From positions 2,882 through 66,881 of the forward strand of contig VXQP01000044.1 of NCBI GenBank assembly GCA_009838965.1: DNA of 64,000 nucleotides. Reading direction: 5' to 3'. Made by a program: the position numbers and the translations under genes. The DNA comes from Chloroflexota bacterium (lineage in GTDB: Bacteria > Chloroflexota > Dehalococcoidia > Lucifugimonadales > Australimonadaceae). Positions 1 to 9,948 of the stretch are shown one piece after another (positions within the stretch are counted from its first letter, which is position 1; each line of letters begins with the position of its first letter). The notes below the pieces were generated by a model that was given only the letters and a program-made list of their open reading frames with translations, was not told the DNA's origin and ran no database searches.

Positions 1-1151
1 TGCGGCGACAGCGAAGGGTCAAGCTCGTGGCTGCCCCTGGCCGCCAGCCGCAGCGCTTCCGGCTGGCCGAGCCCTTCGGGAGTGAAGTCGGCTAACGTAA
101 CGGCTCCGTTGGCTAACGCTTTGGCCGCCCCGAAGTAGACGCTGTTGGCCGCCGAGGCTGCGCTGCCGGGCTGCTGGCGCTCCTCCACCGGCTCGAACCA
201 GTTTCTCGAGCTGGGGTGACCAGTGAGCCTGAGTTCCACGACATCCTCGGGGTCGACTCCGTCGTCATTGCGGAGTTGAAGGCCGGCCTCGATGAACGCG
301 TGGATCAGCCCGCTCGTGGGCCAGGGTTTGAACGAAGAATCGAGGGTGTAGTACGTCGTCCCCAGTCCTTCGGTGATAACTGAAGCGTCGTACACGCCGT
401 CGTAGAACATAGCGAAGAAGCCCGCCTGGCCTTCGAGGGCGTCGCAGTGCGCGCCCAGCCCCTCCCGGGCAAGAAGCGCTGCCAGCACGCCTCCCTGGTT
501 CGGAAAGGCCGCGTAGATCCCTTTCGCAGGGGGGTCGCCGTACACCACTACCTGCCGGCTTCCCGATGCCTGCATCAGCATGAGTCCGAGGGCGCTATCG
601 AGCTCGTCTACCGAGAGTTCGAGTACGCGGCCTGCGCTGAGCGTTGCGCCCAGGTAGCTGAGGAGCTGACCCTCCAGGAAGCGGCCCTTGGTGTTCACTC
701 CCGCACGGAGCAGGGCCAGGACGGACCGCATCTCGACTTCAACGCCGGCCACGAGTGCATTGATGAACTCTTTTCCGCTGACGCCGCCTCGACGTTCAGC
801 GACTGCCAGGGGTGCTGTGAGTGCGAATGCCCCGGGATGGCCCCCCTCGGCGCCGATGGCGTCGTAGTTCAACGAGTGCACCATCGCACCGTTGGCGAGG
901 CCCGCCATGACGGCGGACACCTTCTCGCCGTAGCCGAGCACCGTGCTCTCGGGGCGGCCCCCGGCACTGATGACGACAGCCGCTGTCTCGGGCCCGCCGT
1001 CGCCGAGTGTCCCCCCTGCAAGCGTCGTGCCAAGGGAGTCCAGCGTGAGCCTCTTCGCTACCTCGACGACGTCGGACGGCAGGTCGGTGTAGCGGCTGGT
1101 GGCGACGTATTCGCAGACGGTGCGGGTCAGTCCGTGTGATTTGGTGGTCAT
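1..1151 (-). CDS. MmgE/PrpD family protein (2-methylcitrate dehydratase-like), C-terminus beyond window edge
   Basis: Not in the ORF track because it runs off the window. My reverse-strand reading from ATG (comp. 1151-1149, GGAGGAGGAG just upstream) is open to position 1. It gives MTTKSHGLTRTVCEYVATSRYTDLPSDVVEVAKRLTLDSLGTTLAGG...FKPWPTSGLIHAFIEAG, a typical MmgE/PrpD N-terminal pattern. The + ORF 447..1139 is its shadow. Confidence 0.8.
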   Translation of the reverse strand, partial: MTTKSHGLTRTVCEYVATSRYTDLPSDVVEVAKRLTLDSLGTTLAGGTLGDGGPETAAVVISAGGRPESTVLGYGEKVSAVMAGLANGAMVHSLNYDAIGAEGGHPGAFALTAPLAVAERRGGVSGKEFINALVAGVEVEMRSVLALLRAGVNTKGRFLEGQLLSYLGATLSAGRVLELSVDELDSALGLMLMQASGSRQVVVYGDPPAKGIYAAFPNQGGVLAALLAREGLGAHCDALEGQAGFFAMFYDGVYDASVITEGLGTTYYTLDSSFKPWPTSGLIHAFIEAGLQLRNDDGVDPEDVVELRLTGHPSSRNWFEPVEERQQPGSAASAANSVYFGAAKALANGAVTLADFTPEGLGQPEALRLAARGSHELDPSLSP

Positions 1152-1173
1152 GTCTCCTCCTCCAGTTCGAATA

Positions 1174-2151
1174 TCAATCGCCTGGATGCAGGACTCCCTC
1201 ACCCCCGATGGCGTACAGCGCGGAACTGAAGGCCTCGATGGCCTGGAACGGGTCTTCGCCTGCGAGCTCCACCCGCGCGATGAAGTGGCGAGTGACGGCT
1301 CTTTCTGCCATGGAGAGGACCCTTGCAGCCGCCTTTTGAGGAGTGCCCGATACGACCATGGCGTCGATCAGGTGGCACAGCTGCGCCGATGACAGGTCTG
1401 ACGCGTCAGCTGCCTCCGCAAGCGCAGGGATCCGTTCCCGCAATACCTTGGAGAAGACCTTGTTCCGGTTCTGCAGATTGAAGAGCGCGTACTCCGAGGC
1501 GCTCTCATACGCGCGCTCTTGGGATTCCGCCATGAAGACGGGCAACCCCAATGCAACCGCGATGCTGTCCATGTTCCTCCCTGCTTTACATGCTCCGGCT
1601 TCCACATGGGCCATCGCCTGGGCCTGTACCTCAGGGTCGACGCCGACCATGGCATACACACCGTCGGCAGCGGCCCCCGCAGCGGCCAGCATCATGGGGC
1701 TGCTCGCATTGATGTACACCGGTACGGGCGCAACGGGAGCAAACTCATCAGCCAGGGTTCGAATGATTGTCTCTACCGCTCCCGCCACCTGAGACGCCGT
1801 GGCCCTCGCTCCCTCCACGTACTCGACCGCGGCCTTCCCGCTGCTGACCACCAGGCGGGCCCGACCCGGCACAAGTTCTCCCAGTGTGGCGCCCAGAGTC
1901 GCCAGCATCCTGGGGCCGCGCGATACCGGGTTCGTGACCGATGGGAACAGCGTGACACGGGTAGTGCGCTGGGCGGCGAGCGCGAGTCGCACGAACATGT
2001 CCCTGCCGGTGCGCGGATGGTCCGGCATACCCACGCCGGTGAAGCCCAACTCCTCAGCCCTTTCGGCGAATCGGGATGATTCGGAAAGTGGTTGGTTCGT
2101 GGGGTCGTTAACGTCGATACGCAGGCGGGGAGCGCTTGGAGAGTAGGACAT
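1174..2151 (-). CDS. LLM-class (luciferase-like) flavin/F420-dependent oxidoreductase
   Basis: 325-aa ORF. The N-terminal region (AERAEELGFTGVGMPDH ... RTTRVTLFPSVTNP) is typical of luciferase-like monooxygenase family proteins. The stop lies 22 nt upstream of the prpD-like start, so an operon is likely. Confidence 0.75.
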   Translation of the reverse strand: MSYSPSAPRLRIDVNDPTNQPLSESSRFAERAEELGFTGVGMPDHPRTGRDMFVRLALAAQRTTRVTLFPSVTNPVSRGPRMLATLGATLGELVPGRARLVVSSGKAAVEYVEGARATASQVAGAVETIIRTLADEFAPVAPVPVYINASSPMMLAAAGAAADGVYAMVGVDPEVQAQAMAHVEAGACKAGRNMDSIAVALGLPVFMAESQERAYESASEYALFNLQNRNKVFSKVLRERIPALAEAADASDLSSAQLCHLIDAMVVSGTPQKAAARVLSMAERAVTRHFIARVELAGEDPFQAIEAFSSALYAIGGEGVLHPGD

Positions 2152-2310
2152 CGGAAGGTCACCTCTTCAGAAGTCCCTGGCTGAGGAATCACCGCCAGCA
2201 TACCATTGGCAACCTGACTTGGTCGGCATCGAGGGCATGGAGCCATCCTTGACCGTTCAGGGGGCGCTCGATGGCCTGGTCGCCGGTTCAACCGGCAGTG
2301 TGCGAGACGT

Positions 2311-2340
2311 TTGACACGCAGCCCACCGCGTGCCTAGAGT
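2311..2340 (+). promoter_or_regulatory. Candidate sigma70-type promoter for the cupin gene
   Basis: TTGACA (2311-2316), 18-nt spacer, TAGAGT (2335-2340), about 35 nt upstream of ATG 2374. Motif match only. Confidence 0.3.
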
Positions 2341-2373
2341 GCGGGCAGCGTAATCCAGAGGAGGCGCAGCGCC

Positions 2374-2766
2374 ATGCCGATAGAAGTCTTCGACACGAAA
2401 GCCTTCGGCCACGAGACGAAGAAGCGCACCGTGGTGATGGACACGAACCGTTTCCACGTGTGGATCCACTACTACCAGCCGGACCAGATGGACGAGATGC
2501 ACTGCCACAACCAGGACCAGACGTTCCAGATCATCGAAGGGGAGTTGACGATGAACTTCCCGGACGGCGGTAAGGCGGTGCTGACGCCGGGCATGATGGC
2601 GACCATCACGGGCGGGTCGTTCTACCAGTTGCACAACACCGGCGGCGCGCCGCTCATCATGATCGGCACGCGGTCCGGCGCGACGGCCAACACGGTGAAG
2701 GTGGAGCACGGCACCGGGCGCATCATCAACGACCGCATCAACTACGCGGAGACGGTGAAGCGGTAG
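2374..2766 (+). CDS. Cupin domain protein
   Basis: 130-aa ORF with a cupin metal motif (MHCHNQDQTFQIIEGE ... GSFYQLHNTG). SD GAGGAGG lies upstream. Confidence 0.75.
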   Translation: MPIEVFDTKAFGHETKKRTVVMDTNRFHVWIHYYQPDQMDEMHCHNQDQTFQIIEGELTMNFPDGGKAVLTPGMMATITGGSFYQLHNTGGAPLIMIGTRSGATANTVKVEHGTGRIINDRINYAETVKR

Positions 2767-2769
2767 AGG

Positions 2770-4032
2770 TCAGTCCTCGTAGCGGCGGAAGACGAGGCAG
2801 GCGTTCTGGCCGCCGAAGCCGAAGCTGTTGGAGAGCACGGTGCGCACATCGGCGGGGCGCGCCTCGTTCGGTACGTAGTCGAGGTCGCAGGCGGGGTCGG
2901 GCGTCGTGTAGTTGATGGTGGGGTGGATGAGGCCGTGCAGGATGGTCTGTATGCAGGCGATGGCCTCCATGCCCCCGGCGCCTCCGAGCGCGTGGCCGAT
3001 CATGGATTTCGTTGAGCTGATGGGTATCTTGTAGGCGGCGTCGCCGAACGCCCGCTTGATGGCGAGCGTCTCTGAGGCGTCGTTGAGCGGGGTGGAGGTG
3101 CCGTGCGCGTTGATGTAGTCCACCTCGTGCGGCCCGACGCCCGCGTCTTCCAGCGCCCAGCGGATGGCGCGCGCCGCGCCGGCGCCGTCGTCATCGGGCT
3201 GGAACTGGTGTCCCGCGTCCGCTGACGCTCCGTAGCCCAGGACCTCGGCGACGATGGGCGCGTCACGCCTGAGCGCGTGCTCCAGCGACTCGACGACGAG
3301 GATGCCAGCGCCTTCGGCGGGTACGAAGCCGTCGCGGCCTGCATCGAAGGGGCGGCTCGCGGCAGGCGGGTCGTCGTTGCGAGTGCTGAGAGCGCGCATG
3401 ACGCAGAAACCCGCGAGGCCGAGTTGGCTGATGCCGGCCTCTGTTCCGCCGGTGATCATCACATCGGCAGCGCCGCGGCGGATGACCTCGGCGGCGTCGC
3501 CGATGGACTGCGTGGAGGCGGCGCATGCGGTGACGATGGTGCTGCAGGGGCCCCGCGCATCGACGTGGCGGCTGACGTTCGCGGCGGCCATGTTCGGGAG
3601 GATCATGGGGAAGAAGAACGGGGACATGCGCATGCCGCCGCGCTCGATGAGGATGCGCATGCTCTCGTCGATGGTGGGGAAGCCGCCGTTGCCGTTGCCG
3701 AGGTAGACGCCCATCCGGTCAACGTCCACGTTCGCGGCGGAGAGTCCTGCGTTGCGCATCGCCTCGTCGGTCGCGGGGATAGCGAGCTGGGAGAACCGCG
3801 CGAGCCTGCGCGCTTCCCGCTTTTCGATGTAGTTCTCGGGGTCAAAGCCGGAGACCTCTCCCGATATCCGGCAAGGGTATTCGGTGGGGTCGGCGAGGGT
3901 CATCGGGCCGATACCGGAGCGTCCCGCAGTGAGCCCTTCCCAGAACTTGGCCACGCTTTCACCGAGCGGCGTCACGGCGCCGAGGCCGGTAACGACCACT
4001 CGTTTGCGTCCGTTCGCGTTAAGGCCGGTCAT
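2770..4032 (-). CDS. fabF: Beta-ketoacyl-ACP synthase II
   Basis: 420-aa ORF. RVVVTGLGAVTPLG N-terminus, active-site Cys context (IVTACAAST), HGTSTP and SFGFGGQN motifs characteristic of KAS II. Confidence 0.9.
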   Translation of the reverse strand: MTGLNANGRKRVVVTGLGAVTPLGESVAKFWEGLTAGRSGIGPMTLADPTEYPCRISGEVSGFDPENYIEKREARRLARFSQLAIPATDEAMRNAGLSAANVDVDRMGVYLGNGNGGFPTIDESMRILIERGGMRMSPFFFPMILPNMAAANVSRHVDARGPCSTIVTACAASTQSIGDAAEVIRRGAADVMITGGTEAGISQLGLAGFCVMRALSTRNDDPPAASRPFDAGRDGFVPAEGAGILVVESLEHALRRDAPIVAEVLGYGASADAGHQFQPDDDGAGAARAIRWALEDAGVGPHEVDYINAHGTSTPLNDASETLAIKRAFGDAAYKIPISSTKSMIGHALGGAGGMEAIACIQTILHGLIHPTINYTTPDPACDLDYVPNEARPADVRTVLSNSFGFGGQNACLVFRRYED

Positions 4033-4037
4033 GCGCT

Positions 4038-5432
4038 TCAGACCCTCCCGAGGGCGGATGCCTGCGGGTCGAACTCAGGATAGTGCTCTCCAGCGATGCC
4101 GAGCGAGTGCTGCAGCGCTTCAGCGACCGCGAAGAGCGAGCCGGTCACGAGAACGAGGTCGCCGCCTCCGGCTGCGTTCAGCGCTTGCTCGATGCCCTCA
4201 GCGACACTGGTGGCACTGCGCGCGCTCGTTCCCAGACGCTCGAAGAGCGATGCGAGCGCATCCGGGTGCGTGGCGCGCGGGTGGCGGGAGGCTACGGTCC
4301 AGACCTCGTCCGCGAAGGCTGCCGCCTCCTCGGTGAGCAGGTCGACCTGCTTGTCGCCGGATGCGCCGAACACGAGATGGACGCGGGCGTGGGGCAGGTA
4401 CTCCTGCACCGTCTCGCGCAGCCGTGCCATGGAGTAGGGGTTGTGGGCGCCGTCCACGACGAAGTATGGGTCGGTGGAGAGCAGTTGGAAGCGGCCGTCC
4501 CAACGCACCGCTGTCAGGCCCGCCTCGATGGAGTCACGCGACAGAGAGAGCGGCGTTTGCTCCAGCGCGGCGACGGCGACCGCCGCGTTCTCGGCCTGGT
4601 GCGCGCCGAGCAACGGCAGGCGTATATGGTATCGGTCGCGGGGAGTCTCCACCAACAGCGTTTGCCCCGAGAGGTCGTGTGCTTCCTGCACGCAGGTTAC
4701 GTCGCGGCCGACCTCGGTGAGCGGCGCGCCCATCGCCTCTGCCCGCGCTCGGATGACTGCCATGGCTCCGGGGTCTTGCGGCGCCGAGACCACGGGCTGA
4801 GCGCCCTTGATGATGCCGGCCTTCTCTCTCGCGATCTCCTCGACGGTCGAGCCGAGGATAGCGGTGTGGTCGAGGCTGACGGAGGTGATGGCCGCTACAC
4901 TCGATGAGGCGACGTTGGTCGCGTCCAGCCGCCCTCCGAGGCCGACCTCGAGGACGACAGCGTCCGTGGCTTCTTCGCGGAAGACATCCAGCGCCATCGC
5001 GGTGAGGGCCTCGAACGTGGAGGGTGCGCCGATGGGTTCACCCGCCATCTCCTCGACGACAGGCCAGATGCGGGCGACCGCTGCGGCGAAGGTCTGCCCG
5101 GAGAGCGGGTCGCCGTTCAGACGGATGCGTTCCCGGAACGAGTGCAGGTGGGGAGAGGTGTAGAGCCCGGTCCGCAGGCCGTGCGCCCGGAGGGCGCTGG
5201 CGGTCATGGCCGCGACGCTGCCCTTGCCCTTCGTCCCGGCGACATGGATGAGCGGCGGCCCACCGTCGAGCAGACCCAGCCGGGCTGCCAACTCCCGCAT
5301 ACGTTCCAGGTCGTACTTGTACGCAGGAGTGGCGTGCCCTGTCATCCGCTCGAGGTCGGCAAGGGAGAGGAGGCGGTGCAGGGCTTCTTCGTAGGCGGTG
5401 TCTGGGGCGTGTTCGGGGTCGTGCGCAGGCAT
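4038..5432 (-). CDS. folC: Folylpolyglutamate synthase / dihydrofolate synthase
   Basis: Mur-ligase P-loop HVAGTKGKGS and FolC-like layout. The start was trimmed from the track ORF (5645) to Met72 (MPAHDPEH...), because the upstream 71 aa are low-complexity and run into the divergent dnaE promoter region. Confidence 0.85.
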   Translation of the reverse strand: MPAHDPEHAPDTAYEEALHRLLSLADLERMTGHATPAYKYDLERMRELAARLGLLDGGPPLIHVAGTKGKGSVAAMTASALRAHGLRTGLYTSPHLHSFRERIRLNGDPLSGQTFAAAVARIWPVVEEMAGEPIGAPSTFEALTAMALDVFREEATDAVVLEVGLGGRLDATNVASSSVAAITSVSLDHTAILGSTVEEIAREKAGIIKGAQPVVSAPQDPGAMAVIRARAEAMGAPLTEVGRDVTCVQEAHDLSGQTLLVETPRDRYHIRLPLLGAHQAENAAVAVAALEQTPLSLSRDSIEAGLTAVRWDGRFQLLSTDPYFVVDGAHNPYSMARLRETVQEYLPHARVHLVFGASGDKQVDLLTEEAAAFADEVWTVASRHPRATHPDALASLFERLGTSARSATSVAEGIEQALNAAGGGDLVLVTGSLFAVAEALQHSLGIAGEHYPEFDPQASALGRV

Positions 5433-5575
5433 GGGAATCCTGCTGCGAGCGTAGCAGCGGCGCGTCGGCTCAGTCAACGGAGAGGTGCGGGATGAAGGAG
5501 AGGCAACAGGGGCGGTAGTACACAGGATGCTGTATGCAAGCGGCAGGACAACGGAAAATGCTGCATATTTCAAGC

Positions 5576-5605
5576 TTGGGCATGGCAGGGCGATGTCCTT
5601 ATAAT
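5576..5605 (+). promoter_or_regulatory. Candidate promoter of dnaE
   Basis: TTGGGC (5576-5581), 18-nt spacer, perfect TATAAT (5600-5605). This implies a very short leader before the dnaE start. Confidence 0.4.
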
Positions 5606-5634
5606 GGGCCGACTTGTCCCGGAGTGTTGCAGCG

Positions 5635-8600
5635 GTGTCGTTCACTCATCTTCACGTCCACTCGGAGTACAGCCTGCTCGACGGCCTGAGCCGGATACCG
5701 GCGATGGTGAGCCGTGCCAAAGAACTGGGCATGACGGCCCTCGGCCTCACCGACCACGGCTCGATGTACGGGGTGGTGGACTTCTACTCCGCTTGCAAGG
5801 AAGCGGGCATCAAGCCGGTCATCGGGTGCGAGTTGTACGTTGCGAACGGGAAGCGGACGGACCGCACCTCGGGCGGCAAGGGCCAGAACAACCACCACCT
5901 CACGGTCCTCGCACAGAACAATGAGGGCTACCGGAACCTGATGAAGCTGTCCTCCAGAGCACACCTGGAGGGCTTCTACTACAAGCCTCGCGTAGACCAC
6001 GATCTGCTGGAGGAGCATGCCGACGGCCTGATCGTCTTCTCGGGCTGCCCGAGCTCCGAGATATCGGTTGCCCTGATAAACGGCAACTACGAGGCTGCGA
6101 AGGAGTTGGCCAGGTGGCACAAGGCGATGTTCCCCGCCTTCTACCTGGAGATGCAGCGGCACGAGAACCTCGACTTCCTTACTCCGCTGAACAACGGGCT
6201 GCTGCGGCTCGGGGAGGAGCTGGACATCCCCATCGTCGCGACGAACGACCTGCACTACGTTCAGGAGAGCGACGCCAGTATCCACGACGTGCTGCTCTGC
6301 ATCGGCACGAGTTCCAACATCAGGGACGAGAACCGCTTCCAGTTCTCCGACACGTCGTACTACCTGAAGAGCTCCGACGAGATGCTGGAACTGTTCTCCG
6401 ATCTGCCGGAGGCCGTGACGAACACGCAGGCGATAGCGGATATGACGAACGTGGAGCTCGATTTCTCGACGCTGCGCCTGCCGCGTTACCGGACCCCCGA
6501 TAACGAAGACCCGGACGCCTACCTGCGCAAGCTGTGCTGGCAGGGCTTCGGCGAGCGCTACCCGAACGGGTCGACGGACGCGACGAAGGAGCGGCTGGAG
6601 TACGAGCTGGACGTCATAACGGAGACGCAGTACCCCAACTACTTCCTCGTGGTCTGGGACATCGCGGACTTCGCGCGGCGGGAGGGGATCGTCTTCGGGG
6701 TGCGGGGCAGCGCAGCGTCGTCGCTGGCGCTCTACTGCCTCGGCGTCACCGACCTCGACCCGCTGGACTACGGGCTGGTGTTCGAGCGCTTCCTCAACAT
6801 CGAGCGCAAAGAGATGCCGGACATCGACATGGACTTCCAGGATGACCGGCGCGAGGAGGCGATCCAGTACGTCACGGACAAGTACGGGCGCGACCACGTC
6901 GCACAGATCATCACGTTCGGCACGCTCGGCGCCAAGGCTGCTATACGCGACTCAGGGCGCGTACTGGGGATGACGTACGCCGACGTGGACCGTGTGGCGC
7001 GTCTCGTTCCGCAGCGGCTGGGGATGACGATAGACCTCGCGTTCGAGCAGTCGCCGGAGATGAAGGAGGCGTACGAGCAGGACGAGGAACTGCGGAAGCT
7101 CATCGACACCGCGCGAAGCCTCGAAGGCGTGACGCGTAACGTGAGCACGCATGCCGCAGGGGTCGTCATCTCCGAGGACCCGCTCACCGACCACGTGCCG
7201 CTGCAGCGTCCGACGAAAGGCAACGAGAACAGCGTGGCGATGACGCAGTACGCCATGGAGCCCGTCGCCAAGCTGGGCCTGCTGAAGATGGACTTTCTGG
7301 GACTGATCAACTACTCGATCCTGAGCAACACGATCGAGATGGTGCGCCGGCGCAAGGGGACCCAAGTGCGACTGCAGGAGGTCCCGTTCGACGATGCCAA
7401 GACGTACGAGTTGCTGGGCAGCGGCGAGACGACGGCCCTCTTCCAGCTGGAGAGCCCGGGGATGCGGCGCTACATCAAGGAGTTGCGTCCGGGCACTTTG
7501 GGCGAACTTGCGGCGATGATCGCGCTGTACCGTCCGGGCCCGATGGAGCACATCGGGCGCTACATCGATTCGAAGCACGGGCGGGCGCCTGCCAGTTACC
7601 CCCATCCCGATCTGCAGGAGATCCTGAACGAGACGTACGGGGTGATCGTCTACCAGGACCAGGTGCTGCACATCATGCGGCAGTTCGCGGGCTATTCGCT
7701 CGGCGAAGCGGACGTGGTGCGGAAGGCGATGGGGAAGAAGATCGCGTCGCTGATGCAGCAGGAACGCGAAAGCTTCGTGGTGGGAGCGCGGGAGAAGGGA
7801 TACGACGAACCAACCGCCACCGCGGTCTTCGACCTGATCGAACCGTTCGCGGGGTATGCGTTCAACAAGGCGCACAGCGTGAGCTACGCCGTGGTCGCGT
7901 ACTGGACGGCGTACTTCAAGGCGAACCATCCCGTGGAGTTCATGACGTGCGTCCTGAACGCGTACCAGGGGAACGACCGGATGGGCCCCGCGGTTGCGGA
8001 GTGCGTGCGACTGGGGATACCGGTGCTGCCGCCGGACGTGAACCGGAGCGGCGTGGACTTCAGCGTGGACTGGGCGGAGGATGGCCGGGAAGCCGTACGG
8101 TTCGGCCTCGCGGCTATCAAGAACATCGGGGCGTCCGCAGTGGCGGAGTTGGTGGTTGAGCGCGACGAGAACGGCCCGTTCCAGTCGCTGGAGGACTTCT
8201 GCAGGCGCGCCGGGTCGGAAGCCGCGAACCGGCGCGTGGTGGAAAGTCTGGCGAAGGTGGGCGCGCTTGATGCCTTCGGGTCTCGCGGGCAGCTCACTGC
8301 GAGCGCAGACCACATCGTGCACCTGATGCAGCGCGAAGCGCGCCTGCGCGAGAGCGGCCAGTCCACGATGTTCGACATGTTCGGCGCGTCCGCCCCCACG
8401 CCGCTGGCGGAGATCGAGTTGCTGCCCGCGCCCGAGCCGTCGCTACGGGAACTGGTCGCCTGGGAACGTGAATTGATAGGCGTTGCGCTGGGGCGTCGCG
8501 TGCTGGACCCGGTGAACGCGCCTGCAGGCGCAATCCTCTCCCGCGAGGAAGTGGAGGCGTGTGCGGATGGAGACAAGGTGGTGCTGGCGGGCGAGGTGGC

Positions 8601-9273
8601 ATCGGTCCGCTTCACGACGGACAGGCAAGGAAGGCCGATCCGTTTCGTGGGACTGGAGATATTCGACGGCTCCGTGCTGGACGTGGCCGTGTGGAGCCGG
8701 GTGGTGGAGAAGACCGCCGAGCTGTGGGTGGAAGGCAACCTCGTGCAGTTGAAAGGGGTGGTGCGGCACCGGGGAGACGAAACCTCGATACATTGCGACG
8801 AGGCGCTCGAGTTCGAACTTGCGGAGCCGCCGGCCAACCCGCAGCCTGCTTCCGTGGCTGCTCCTGCCACTCCAAAGGTGGAGGAGTGGAAGCCGCCCGT
8901 GGAGGAGCACTCGGGCGCGCCGCCGGAGCCTGCCGCCAATGGCGTGGAGCCGCACTCCATGAATGGAGCCGCGCACCACGAGGAGGTTCCGTCAACTGGC
9001 AGCCTCGACGAAGGGCAGCGCAAAGTTCTCTTGAAGATGAAGGAGACCGACCAGCCCTCCGAGGACAATCGCCTGCTCAAGCAGGTGCTTGAGACGTTGA
9101 TGGACCATCACGGCACGGACGAGGTCGACCTCGTCATCGAGAGCGGCGGGCAGTTCTGGCGCATCCAGATGCCGATCATCCGTACGCAGTTCTCCGACGC
9201 GCTCGCGGCGTACGTCAACGGGATGCGGGACAGCGGCTTGACGTTGGAGCTGGAGACGACGAAGGCGGCCTGA
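5635..9273 (+). CDS. dnaE: DNA polymerase III alpha subunit
   Basis: About 1212 aa. PHP-domain N-terminus VSFTHLHVHSEYSLLDG, then polymerase core and OB-fold region. Start set at GTG 5635; the track ORF begins at TTG 5614. Confidence 0.93.
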   Translation: MSFTHLHVHSEYSLLDGLSRIPAMVSRAKELGMTALGLTDHGSMYGVVDFYSACKEAGIKPVIGCELYVANGKRTDRTSGGKGQNNHHLTVLAQNNEGYRNLMKLSSRAHLEGFYYKPRVDHDLLEEHADGLIVFSGCPSSEISVALINGNYEAAKELARWHKAMFPAFYLEMQRHENLDFLTPLNNGLLRLGEELDIPIVATNDLHYVQESDASIHDVLLCIGTSSNIRDENRFQFSDTSYYLKSSDEMLELFSDLPEAVTNTQAIADMTNVELDFSTLRLPRYRTPDNEDPDAYLRKLCWQGFGERYPNGSTDATKERLEYELDVITETQYPNYFLVVWDIADFARREGIVFGVRGSAASSLALYCLGVTDLDPLDYGLVFERFLNIERKEMPDIDMDFQDDRREEAIQYVTDKYGRDHVAQIITFGTLGAKAAIRDSGRVLGMTYADVDRVARLVPQRLGMTIDLAFEQSPEMKEAYEQDEELRKLIDTARSLEGVTRNVSTHAAGVVISEDPLTDHVPLQRPTKGNENSVAMTQYAMEPVAKLGLLKMDFLGLINYSILSNTIEMVRRRKGTQVRLQEVPFDDAKTYELLGSGETTALFQLESPGMRRYIKELRPGTLGELAAMIALYRPGPMEHIGRYIDSKHGRAPASYPHPDLQEILNETYGVIVYQDQVLHIMRQFAGYSLGEADVVRKAMGKKIASLMQQERESFVVGAREKGYDEPTATAVFDLIEPFAGYAFNKAHSVSYAVVAYWTAYFKANHPVEFMTCVLNAYQGNDRMGPAVAECVRLGIPVLPPDVNRSGVDFSVDWAEDGREAVRFGLAAIKNIGASAVAELVVERDENGPFQSLEDFCRRAGSEAANRRVVESLAKVGALDAFGSRGQLTASADHIVHLMQREARLRESGQSTMFDMFGASAPTPLAEIELLPAPEPSLRELVAWERELIGVALGRRVLDPVNAPAGAILSREEVEACADGDKVVLAGEVASVRFTTDRQGRPIRFVGLEIFDGSVLDVAVWSRVVEKTAELWVEGNLVQLKGVVRHRGDETSIHCDEALEFELAEPPANPQPASVAAPATPKVEEWKPPVEEHSGAPPEPAANGVEPHSMNGAAHHEEVPSTGSLDEGQRKVLLKMKETDQPSEDNRLLKQVLETLMDHHGTDEVDLVIESGGQFWRIQMPIIRTQFSDALAAYVNGMRDSGLTLELETTKAA

Positions 9274-9783
9274 TCAGGCGGTCGCTGCTTCCAGATTCAG
9301 CAGGCGCGCCTTCATGCCAAGGCCGGGACCACCGAACCCGTGCAGCCCGCCGTCCTTGCCGATGACGCGGTGGCACGGGATGACGATGGGGATACGGTTC
9401 CGCGCCATCGCCTGCCCTGCGGCGCGCACGGCTCTGATGTTTCCCGCGGAGGCCGCGAGCCACTCGTAGGTGCGTGTCTCCCCACGAGGGATGGAGCGGC
9501 ACGCATCCCATGCTCGGCGGAAGAAGGGGGCCACGCCATCCAGATCCAGGGGCACGTTCCACGTGGGGGCGTCACCCCTCAGATACGCCTCGAGTTGGGC
9601 GCGGTAGGCGTTGAACGCGTCCGGCACGTGCTCAGGAAGCGGAGCCCGCATACTGCGTTCCAGGTCGTCCAGTGCGCGATCGGGAGACGGCTCCGGGAGA
9701 GTGGCGTAGCGGATGCCCTTCTCCGATCCGGCGGCTGCCACCCATCCCCAACCGGTTTCAAATACGTCGTAGTACAGTCCCAT
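9274..9783 (-). CDS. ogt: Methylated-DNA--protein-cysteine methyltransferase
   Basis: Last 169 aa of track ORF 9274..10248. Active-site motif IPCHRV. ATG at comp. 9783 is preceded by GAGGAGG. The upstream part of the track ORF is antisense to the STAS gene. Confidence 0.88.
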   Translation of the reverse strand: MGLYYDVFETGWGWVAAAGSEKGIRYATLPEPSPDRALDDLERSMRAPLPEHVPDAFNAYRAQLEAYLRGDAPTWNVPLDLDGVAPFFRRAWDACRSIPRGETRTYEWLAASAGNIRAVRAAGQAMARNRIPIVIPCHRVIGKDGGLHGFGGPGLGMKARLLNLEAATA

Positions 9784-9948
9784 CCGGTAATGCCTCCTCG
9801 CTGAGCGTGCGGCAATTGTAAAGTATGGGGCGGGTGTTCGACAGACACGAAGCCAGGGTGTGCAGGATTTCACACGGGCGCGCAACATTTGGTAGAGTTG
9901 CGGATGAGTCGTCGGAGGCTCGTCAATCCTGAGTAGGGGAGAAGCTAC

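Noticed and set aside
447-1139. 230-aa + strand ORF at the window start.
   Set aside because: It is antisense to the MmgE/PrpD-family gene, which I could read open from 1151 to the window edge.
5599-8322. Long reverse-strand ORFs (432 aa at 5599..6897 and 456 aa at 6952..8322) opposite dnaE. Similar cases occur at 15873..17135, 40385..42058, 43267..44604, 48700..50049, 54288..56294 and 62153..63262.
   Set aside because: They are Arg/Ala/Val/His/Pro-rich with no motifs and lie antisense to genes with unambiguous family signatures. These are typical high-GC shadow ORFs.
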